Of a stretch of 64,000 nt of DNA, positions 1-8,821 are shown one piece after another. The DNA comes from Takakia lepidozioides (Eukaryota > Plantae > Bryophyta), in assembly GCA_030704615.1 (NCBI GenBank), contig CM060731.1:12152001-12216000 (forward strand), given 5' to 3'. Under the pieces are notes generated by a model. It worked only from the letters and a program-made list of their open reading frames with translations. It had not been told where the DNA came from and did no database searches. The translations under genes were made by a program, and so were the position numbers. Each line of letters begins with the position of its first letter. The first letter of the stretch is position 1.

Positions 1-202
1 AAATTTCCAGAGACCCAAAGTACTTGAAATTCCACATCTCCCACACCGCAGGTCCAAAAGTCATGAGACCAAGCCGGTGCACCCCTCCTCATCGAGGGCT
101 GTCCAAGGGCACCATTAAGCACCGGGGCTTGGGCCCCGCGGTTTGGGAGATCTCAATGACGCTACAAGCAAAACAAAACAAACGTCTCGCTTCATATATT
201 GA
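1..202 (-). mobile_element. Non-autonomous Helitron unit, 5' part (runs off the window start)
   Basis: The minus strand reads A|TCAATATATGAAGCGAGACG(TTTTG)n from 202, then GAGATCTCCCAAACCGCGGGGCCC. This is the same 5' end and body as the plus-strand units at 265, 660 and 3645. Confidence 0.7.
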
Positions 203-1368
203 TATATATATCACAACTTTAGCATTATAGCCCTGAAGCGTAATGCATAGTGTGCATTCTCGTATCAATGTTTGAAGCAGGGTAATTTGTTAGTTAGTTA
301 GTTAGTTTGTAGCGTTGAGGTCTCCCACGAGACCTGGCCTAATGCTTAGTACTGTTGGAAAGCCCTTGATGAGGAGGGGTGCACCGACTTGGTCTCATAA
401 TTTTTGGACTTTGCGGTGTGGGAGATATGGAATTTCAAGTACTTTTGGTCGTTGGAAATTCAGGAAAAATAGCAAAGTGGGCTTTCCTGGAACAATGATT
501 GGATACATTACTACTCAATAAATTCATGGAAAAAAAAAAGTTGTTTTTTCAATTCTTCACACATGGGCCTTGACGTAGGAGACGCACTTGGATACATAGG
601 GATTGCACTTGGACTTAGATGACACTGGACACTTGGGCCAACGGCACAGGCTACCCTAGTCAATATATGAAGGAAGGCAGTTTGTTTTGTTTTGTTTTGT
701 TGTGTAGCGTTGTTGAGATCTCCCAAACCGCGGGCCCCAGCCCTGGTGCTTGGTGCCGTTGGAAAGCCCTCGATGAGGAGGGGTGCACCGGCTTGGTCTC
801 ATGATTTTTGGACATGAGGTGTGCACGACATGACGTGGGAAATATCGAATGTCAAGTGCTTTTGGTCGTCGAAAATTCGCGAAAAATAGCAAAGTGGGTT
901 TTTTTGGAGCAATGATTGGCCCTTCATGATGTGGGAACATGGAATTTCAAGTGGTTTTGGTCATTGGAACTTCGTGTTAAATAGCAAAGTGAGCTTTCCT
1001 AGAACAATGATATGAGATGTCTCCTACCAAGATAAGTCTCCAACCGAGAGATGTCTATTCCCTCAAGACTTATAACTTTAATAGCTATTCAAATACTTGC
1101 ACTTGGGCTTAGATAGAGGCCATTATTTTGGTATCATTGGAAAGCCCTCGATGAGGAGGGGTGCACTGCCTTGGTCTCCTGATTTTTGGACCTGTTGTGT
1201 GGAAGATGTGGAATTTCAAGTACTTTTGGTCGCTGGAAATTCGTGAAAAATAGCAAAGTGGGTTATCCTACAATAATTTTGGTTGCTGAAAATTCAACTA
1301 AATTACAAAATCGAGTGTTGGAAGGACACCGGAGGTCGCACTTGGGCCTTTACATAGGAGACGCACTT

Positions 1369-1545
1369 GGATACATAGGAGATTGCACACTGGGCTTAGA
1401 TGGGCCTCGACATAGGAGATGCACATGGGAGGTGCCCTTGGATACATATGAGATTGCACACCGGGCTTAGATGGGCCTCGACATAGGAGATGCACATGGG
1501 AGGCGCCCTTGGATACATAGGAGATTGCATTTAGGCTTAGATGAC
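1369..1545 (+). repeat. 71-bp tandem repeat (about 2.5 copies) inside Helitron unit 2
   Basis: GGATACATAGGAGATTGCAC... recurs at 1369, 1440 and 1511. Confidence 0.85.
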
Positions 1546-2117
1546 ATTAGACACTTGGGCCTCTACGTTGTCTTGTAGGGCCCTTGCTTCGACCAACTTC
1601 GTAGCGTAGTCTGTAGCTGCTAGGCCTATTGCTTGTACGACGTGCAGCGGGTTTGATAGGGCCAACAAAGTCCAACCCCCATTTAAGGAAAAATTCTCCA
1701 GGCACCCGGGGAAATCATTTCCAAAAATTTCCAACTGACGTGCAAAAAATAATATGGTGCAATTTATTCAAAAAATAAAATAAAATAGAAAACATTTAAA
1801 AATAATAAAATGTACATTATATTGTGATCAAGGAATTTAAATTAATATAGGGTCTAAAATAATGATTCATTTAAATTTTTTTACTATAGGGTTGAGATAA
1901 TACATATTAGATATTTGTATGTAGCTTACTGATAAAATGGTGGCTAGGTCGGATTCAAAAAATGAATCATTTAATTAATTTGATCAGCAGGGCTTCTATC
2001 CCATTTCCTTAAATAAATAATTTAGATATAAATAAATAAAATAAAATAAAAAACAGGGAGCAGGTGGGGATATCGCGAAAGTCTATTGATCTCATAAATA
2101 GAACAGCCACACCAGTT

Positions 2118-2311
2118 ATGGTGTTATTAAACTACTTCTCAAAATCTAGAAGACAATTTAAATTCAAATATAATGATCATACCGACAACAAGTGAGTAGA
2201 TGTAGACTCTATTATTAGTTCAGTCACTATGACTTTCGATAGAGCGCAAAACGTTTATACTTTGAATGCTGATGATGCGAATGCTTTAAATGAATTTATT
2301 TCAACCAAATA
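2118..2311 (+). pseudogene. Degenerate C-terminal coding remnant, probably from a DNA transposon ORF
   Basis: Reads MVLLNYFSKSRRQFKFKYNDHTDNK*VDVDSIISSVTMTFDRAQNVYTLNADDANALNEFISTK* within very AT-rich DNA, with one internal stop. Family not identified. Confidence 0.3.
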
Positions 2312-2570
2312 AAAAATTCATTTGTCTTGTAAAAAAAAATTATTGTATTATTAATATATGGTGTCTAATATTTGTTTGAAACAAAAAATTATAATTAAAA
2401 TAACATGCCAAAAATTCACCATACTACAAAATTATGTAATTATAAGGTACTAAAAAATACCCAAAGTAAAAGTAATACCCCCCCTATAAAATACCCATTT
2501 ATCTCACATGCCCATGCAAGTGATAGGGAGTGACTTCCCCAAGTCCTGACAACAAGGTGAGCAATGGTGT

Positions 2571-3495
2571 ATGTGTATTGTGAACAATGAGAATAGCGAT
2601 GATACTAAGATGAGACTGTTTCCTTGTTCACTTATCAAGAAAGCAAGTGAATGGTATGCAAGATTTCCTAATAATCATTTCCTAACCTGGAATGGCCTTA
2701 GTACAGCATTCCGGAACAGGTTCAGGACAAGCAAAACTGAGGATGAAGTGTATGAGAGTTTACAACAGTTAAGGAAAAAGAAGCATGAAACTGTTGAAGA
2801 GTATATGGAAAAGATGAAGTTAATGATGAAAAAGCTGGCTGCTGTACCAACACCATGATTACAGAAGACCTGGTTTGTGAGTGGACTAAGACCTGAATTA
2901 CAAAAGAAAGTGGATATGTTACCCCATAATACAGTGGAAGCTGCATTCGAAACAATCAACAAAATTGAGCAATTGAGAATGCTCAGGAGAGATAAAATGG
3001 ATGATAATGACTCTGAAGATGAATCAGATGAGGAAGAAGAGCAAGAGCTCAAGAGGAAGAGTAAGAAGAAGGAAAAGTTGAAGAGGGACAACTATGAGAA
3101 AAGACTGGAAGAAATCTTGAAAAAATATGCCACAGAGGCTGCAACACATTGGAGGAATGATGTTTGGTGTGCAAAATGCCAGAATGAAGGCCATACCACA
3201 GCTGAATACCCCATGAAGGAGAAACACCGTACTATCTGTAAAATGAATAACCATTCTACTGAGAATTGTTATTATAACAAAAGGACAGTTGCAAGAGAAC
3301 CTAGGCAAGTGATGGTGCATCAAGTGCACCCCCAGCCAAGAAGAAACAATGAACATGACCATTATGGTAGGCCTGGTGGATATAACAATGGTATGGCAAG
3401 AAGAGGTAATCCAAGAGGGAATTACCAAGGCAATCCCAAAGGCAATTATCAGGGTAATCCAAGGGGGAATTACCAGCCCGCTACAAAGGGACCCA
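2571..3495 (+). pseudogene. LTR-retrotransposon (Ty3/gypsy-like) gag fragment
   Basis: Retrotrans_gag signature LFPCSLIKKASEWY...TW..LSTAFRNRF...ETVEEY. An in-frame TGA at 2856-2858 separates two same-frame ORFs. There are two degenerate zinc knuckles (CAKCQNEGHTTAEY; TICKMNNHSTENC) and GNPRGNYQ repeats. Helitron sequence cuts it off at about 3498. Confidence 0.85.
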
Positions 3496-4012
3496 TCCGT
3501 TGTGGGAGATGCACTTGGATACATAGAAGATTGCACTTGGACTTACATGGGCCTCGACATAGCAGACATATTTGGATACATAGGAGATTGCAGTTGGGCT
3601 TAAATGACACTGGACACTTGGGCCAATGGCACATGCTACCCTAATCAATATATGAAGCAAGGTAGTTTGTTTGTTGGTTTGTTTTGTTTTGTTTTGTAGC
3701 ATTGAGCTCTCCCAAACCACGGGGCCACAACCCTAGTGCTTGGTACCGTTGGAAAGCCCTCGATGAAGAGGGGTGCACTGGTCCTTGGTCTCATAATTTT
3801 TGGACTTGCGGTGTGGGAGATATGGAATTTCAAATAATTTTGGTGCTGGAAATTTGTGAAAAATAGCAAAGTGGGCTTTCCCATAACAATGACGTAGAGA
3901 TCTCCCAAATTGCAGGGTCTCTGGATACATAAGGGATTGCACTGGACTTAGATGGTACTGTACACTTGGGCCAACAATACAAGCTACCCTAGTACATACT
4001 AAGTTATCACCC

Positions 4013-4270
4013 GCCAATAGCTTAGCTTGATGAAACACTGAGTGTGACCAAGGTTCATTTTGGGTTCAAATCTTGTTACTTTGTCAAATGTGGTGTGATG
4101 CCTCATGATCTCCTAGCCCAATAAACAGCTTTCTCATTATCATTTGTCAGACTTCATTCCTGCATTAAGTAGACGGTGGGAAGCCATTATGCTCTGCTTA
4201 CAAAAAACACAAAAACAAGATTGTTAGCTCTTCCACCTTCCCTCTTCTTTATGGAGGGGGTGATGCTTAA
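4013..4270 (+). mobile_element. tRNA-derived SINE-like element (degenerate)
   Basis: A-box-like TAGCTTAGCTTG (~4017) and B-box-like GGTTCAAATC (~4062). The 3' motif CCCTCT...GGAGGGGGTGA resembles that of the element at 50.6-50.9 kb. Confidence 0.4.
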
Positions 4271-4801
4271 CAAAAGATACTCTTGAAGAGCAAAGGTGGT
4301 CAGCTTAGTAACAACTAAGCCTCACTGAACATTTTGCTTTACAAACAAAACAAAACAACAACAAAAGAAAGTTTTCAACCAAGCTATGTAAACATCTACT
4401 CAAGGAGACCATATTGTCCTTATTGGGGCTGACTATTAGGTATGGTGTCTACATGAGTACATAATGGCACATTTCGCTTTTAATGATTTGTATGCCGACT
4501 TCATATATTTGCTGTACATGTTACTCTTTGATTGCTTTGGTTGCCATGTCTTCTCATCCTTTTTGCCTGGCAGTACACCGGGGGTTGGAAAAGAACAAAA
4601 CTTTGCTGTTGTAAAGAGGACTCTTGATGAGCTTGCCAGTTTCCTGATGAGGAAACTGGAGGAAACTGGATCTGGTTGTGTTTGTTAAAGCCACCCACTT
4701 TGACTTCACTGTGCGTAAAGCTCTTCTTACATATCACACCTTATTCTTGGGTCTTTTTCATAAAACTATGTAGGTTTTATTTATATGTTTTTGGTTATGA
4801 T

Positions 4802-5604
4802 CAGTGTTGGGCGGTTCTTGCATTTGTGAAGGAACCTTCGGTTCCGGTTCCACAATTATTTCAAGAGACGGTTCCGGATCCGGTTCCGTTTTTTTTTTTA
4901 TTGAGCCGGTTCCGGTCCGGTTCCGGATCCAACTTTTAAACATGGGGGCGGTTCCGGTTACCGGTTAGTTGCTGATAAAAACCATCGGTTCCGGTTCTAT
5001 TTTAAAAATATATTTGTTTAATTTAATTAGATTTAAAATATTTTATCAGTCCGGTAGATTAAATAGCAGTGTATTCACATATTTGAACTAAAATCCAACG
5101 ATTTTGTTAGTTTTCACTAAGACAAAAAACAAACAAAATAAACAGGTAGAAGAAAATGGGTAAAATTTTATGGGTTGAAAGTACTATTCAACTACGTGGC
5201 AAGTATTGGCATCTTCAAACATTTTATTAATGAACTTAGCCAGGATATCATGGAGCTGGAGATTGAACCCAAGGTCATGGCGCTGAAGCATTGAACATAG
5301 AATCTCATGGCCTTCAAGCATTGAACCCAGGATCTCAGGAGCTTGAGAGCATTAAAGAAGTTTTGCCCTCGGCCCACCAGCTCTCTAGTGTTATGCCATG
5401 TTGCCAAGGCCCACCAAGGGTTCAAGAACCGGAACCTGTTTTTATCCCTGTGCGCCCCGGTTCTCCGGTTCTCACACCCAGCACGAACCGCCGGTTCGGT
5501 TCTGCACCGATCCCCATTGGCAGGTTCCGGTTCCGGGTAAGGTTATGTAGGAATGGGCCCGGTTCCGGTTAACTTGGGTCCCGGCGGGTAACCGCCCAAC
5601 ACTG
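4802..5604. mobile_element. hAT-family MITE (803 bp)
   Basis: Perfect 15-bp TIRs CAGTGTTGGGCGGTT / AACCGCCCAACACTG. Perfect 8-bp TSD GTTATGAT (4794-4801, 5605-5612). Many subterminal GGTTCC repeats. Confidence 0.95.
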
Positions 5605-5621
5605 GTTATGATCTGCTTGTC

Positions 5622-5770
5622 CACTACACAAAAATCACCTATTAGTGTCAGTGACACTAATTCGGAACACCAGAAGTCAGCAAGCCGAATTAGACATGGA
5701 GAGTGACATGAGTCACTAAGCCGAATTCTGACTATGGCGGGGAGAGTGACATGAAGTCTGTCACATACCG
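5622..5770 (+). mobile_element. CACTA/EnSpm-like terminal fragment
   Basis: Starts CACTACACAAAAA, followed by direct and inverted subterminal repeats (ATTAGTGTCA-GTGACACTAAT; AAGCCGAATT x2; GGAGAGTGACATGA x2). No matching right end with a TSD was found. Confidence 0.5.
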
Positions 5771-5783
5771 TCCAGTTTCGAGG

Positions 5784-6430
5784 GGCGTGGTGTCTTGGTC
5801 TAGCAAATGACAAACTTCAACAGCTCTTTCATTAACAGAAGCTGAGTACATGTCAGCTACACAAGCAGCAAATGAAACTGTTTGGTTGCGGAAGCTACTT
5901 GGAGATTTGGGGCACCTACAGCCACACCCTACAACTCTATATTTGTGACAATCAAAGTGCGATTGCATTGGCTTAGAACCCAAGATACCATTCAAGAACC
6001 AAACACATTGAGGTTCAGCATCACTACATTCGGGAGATTCTAGGCGGAGAAATCGAAATGGTCTATTACTGTAGAAGACATGTTGGCTAATGTTTTGAAA
6101 AGAGACTACCAAAGCCTAAACACATCAAGTGTTCACTTGAACTTGGTGTAATGTCTCCTAAGATAGTGGACGGTTGAGATTACGTGATTATCTCACCGAG
6201 GGAGGGTGTTGAAAACAGCTCCATAACTTTTTACATCTTGACTTGTAGATACAGGTAGAGACATTAAAAGTAACTTTCTATTTAGAGAGGCTTTTGTCTT
6301 AAGGTTAAAGCTAGTCCATTATGGGACTACTTAACATATATAGTAAAAGTAGGTCTAAAAGGCAAGTCTTAGTGATTGCTTGTAGCCTAGCTAAAACTAT
6401 ATAATAGGCTCGAGGTGAAGCCACATATCA
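5784..6430 (+). mobile_element. Ty1/Copia 3' end: degenerate RNase H, polypurine tract and probable 3' LTR
   Basis: Reads GVVSWSSK*QTSTALSLTEAEYMSATQAANETVWLRKLL...CDNQSAIALA*NPRYHSRTKHIEVQHHYIRE, with stops and frameshifts. The PPT GAGGGAGGG (6198-6206) is directly followed by TGTTG (6207). TATATAA lies near 6399. Probable LTR end ...ATCA at 6430. Confidence 0.85.
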
Positions 6431-6453
6431 GTTGTTCATGAGCCTGTTCATGA

Positions 6454-7039
6454 GCCCACGAGGTTGGGGCAAGGGAGTTTGCAGCGTTGTTTGAAGTAGG
6501 ATTGCTACAACTTGGCCTTCCTCGAAATGTGGTGGGAAGGCTTGGGTCTGCAAGATTTGGAGACCCCTCTTCAAGATCAAAGGAAGGGGATGCAGCGTAC
6601 AAACCCCGATCTCGCAACTTTGAGGACGACTGGCCAAGCATGGTATTTGAGGTTGGTGTCTCAAACTCACTTAGGATGCTGCAAACAGATGCCCACTTTT
6701 GGCTCACTGAAAGTGGTGGACTAGTCCGGATTGTGATCATTTTTTCTATCACGAAAGCAACACGTGAAATTCGAATTGAGCCGGTGGGAGAATGCGGCTC
6801 TTCCACTCGCACTTCGTCCCATTCCTAGTCGAATGTCACCAGGATTGGTTCAGTCTATCATTTTACAAGCGAATGTGCCTTACAATGGCCCTTCGCTTGT
6901 GATTCCTGTTGAGGCAGTTTTGGATGTTGTGCCCCAAGGTGTTCCTCAAGGGGAATTTCAGTTCAATGCTCAACAGCTGACAACTTTCAGTGAGGATTAT
7001 TGGTCACTATTGGGTGAGGTTGCAAGTGCTCCTATGTAG
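6454..7039 (+). pseudogene. Uma2-like / PD-(D/E)xK restriction-endonuclease-fold gene (fungal or Crinkler type), 5'-truncated, one frameshift
   Basis: Reads AHEVGAREFAALF...GSARF...SKEGDAAYKP...DWPSMVFEVGVSNSLRMLQTDAHFWLTESGGLVRIVIIFSI...IRIE. An extra C at about 6781 shifts into ORF 6764-7039 (RWENAA...SLVIPVEAVLD...DYW). Confidence 0.65.
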
Positions 7040-7584
7040 TGTTGGTTTTTTGTGTTGCAAGATAGCTTTCTACTTATGATAGTTACTTCTCTATACAGGT
7101 TTCTTTTGGTCTGGTTAGCTGTCTACGGCTCTAGGTATGATATGTTACTTAGTTTTGGACTTCTGTGCACATTTCAGATCTTCTGAAAATGGCACTGTTT
7201 ACTGTAATGAATTATTGTACTGGCAGGTTTTACTTGTGTGCAACAGTGTTTACATGAATCTTGCAATGCACACAAACATGATATAATGGTTGAAGCCCAC
7301 TGCCACTCAACAGCACTCGACTGTATTGAATTTCTTTGTGATATCTATGATAGTGCCGGACTGGGTTTTAGACCTTCAGGGACATTTTGAGGCCTTGTGT
7401 GATGTTAGCACTTGTGGTTGGTTACAAGTGCGCCTTCTGTTCATACCTTTTCAATTAAGTGCGGGGGCAGGCTGCTCCACTGATCGGCATCCAAGTCGTC
7501 ATATCCATCTGGGTGGGGAGGTGAGGTCACGTCCAACTCGTAGCGCGAAATTGTAAGTATCTTTACCTAGTCATTGTTGTGATT

Positions 7585-7924
7585 ATGCATTCTTTTGAGA
7601 TTGCTGTCGAAGACAAATTGCATCCAGAAATTGACCGAATCCATGCTGAGCTGAAGAGATTGTTTGGGCAGATGAGGGAGGCAGGTTACTTGCCTGACAC
7701 ACGCTTTGTGTTACATGATCTGGAGGAGGAGCAAAAGGAAGTCTCTCTTTGCCACCACATCCGCACACCCCCTCTGCATCACCAAAAACCTTCGGGTGTG
7801 TGGTGACTGCCACACTGCCGCCAAGTTCATCTCAAAGATTGTTGGGCGACCAATTCTTGTAAGGGATGCCAACCGCTTTCACCACTTTCATGATGGGGTT
7901 TGTTCTTGTGGGGATTACTGGTGA
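7585..7924 (+). pseudogene. Orphan DYW cytidine-deaminase domain remnant
   Basis: Reads MHSF..EDKLHPEIDRIHAEL...[29 protein letters not shown], then a deletion of SEKLAIAFGL and a frameshift, then [48 protein letters not shown]. No PPR array lies upstream. Confidence 0.9.
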
Positions 7925-8821
7925 AGCAAGCAGCATGGACAACAGCCAACCTGTTGTCATATTAAGCTTTCCCAGGTGGACGGTTGCAGGTGCTACCCTA
8001 TCTCCCCTGGACATAAATGGAAGTAGTGGGAAACCCTCGCCCATAATCTGCACCTGTCTCACCTGGAACTTGCTCCATTTTCCAGTGGAACCTCCACCAA
8101 CACCATCTCCCAAACCCATACAATGTGCTCACAACCACATCTTGCACTCTTATTTGCCCATAGGTACTCCCATGAGATGCGGTCAGCAAACAGCCGAGAG
8201 TCAGCAGACTGCTAGAGTACGGGAAGAGGGTAAACAATCGGAGTTGGGCGTAGGATTAGACATTCATCCATGCTAAGAGTCCAGGCAATTTACAGAACAA
8301 TATGCTCAGCTGCAGTAAATCCACCTCTTCAGGAAAATCAAACCTTGCGTCTGTTTATTCATCAATGAAACACTCCTACTCCTACATTTGCTTTGGTGTT
8401 GTGAGTCTAAACCCCACATATGCTTACAACCTTCCAGGCTCACATTTGGCTGCTTCTGAGAAGTTCTGATATCCAAACATAATTTGCTCTATGACTTTTT
8501 GTAAAGCCGAATGGCGGCCTTGCAGTCCTGCTATGACACTTAGAATACATGAGAAGCCTCAGCTCATGACTGAGTGCGCCCCTTGTGCCACCAACTGCGC
8601 AGAATTTTAGTCCCCAATAAACCAATTTTCACCTCGGCCTATTAATCAGGCATGGGCAAGGCCTTACAGCCAGTGCCGAAGTTAAATATCCCCCAACCTC
8701 TAGCTGTGTCAAATATCTGTTTTTGGGAGGAAAAAATCTAGCCGTCTTGCAGGCCACCGTTGAGATGATCCACACAAGCAGGCATTGAATCATTCCACAC
8801 ACATGAATGAATAATGAGAAC

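Larger units (their letters stand above)
265..3992 (+). mobile_element. Head-to-tail array of three non-autonomous Helitron units (265-659, 660-3644, 3645-3992)
   Basis: Each unit starts with TC(AAT..TGAAG) plus a GTTT/GTTA microsatellite. Each ends with a short hairpin (CTTGGGCC-AAC-GGCACAGG at 632-650) followed by CTACCCTAG/CTAA. Junctions are CTAG|TC at 659/660 and CTAA|TC at 3644/3645. The array lies between A (264) and T (3993) with no TSD. Confidence 0.75.

Noticed and set aside
1335-1560. Regularly spaced CATAGGAGA repeats resembling a CRISPR array
   Set aside because: The spacers are themselves repeated (71-bp tandem unit), the context is eukaryotic and there are no cas genes. It is an internal Helitron minisatellite.
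2856-2858. Programmed read-through or editing of the in-frame gag TGA
   Set aside because: The stop lies mid-capsid and the zinc knuckles are also mutated, so ordinary decay is the simpler explanation.
7035-7041. TGTAGTG as the right end of the CACTA element, which would enclose the nuclease gene
   Set aside because: The match is only 7 bp, there are no subterminal repeats, and the flanks GTC and TTG are not a 3-bp TSD.
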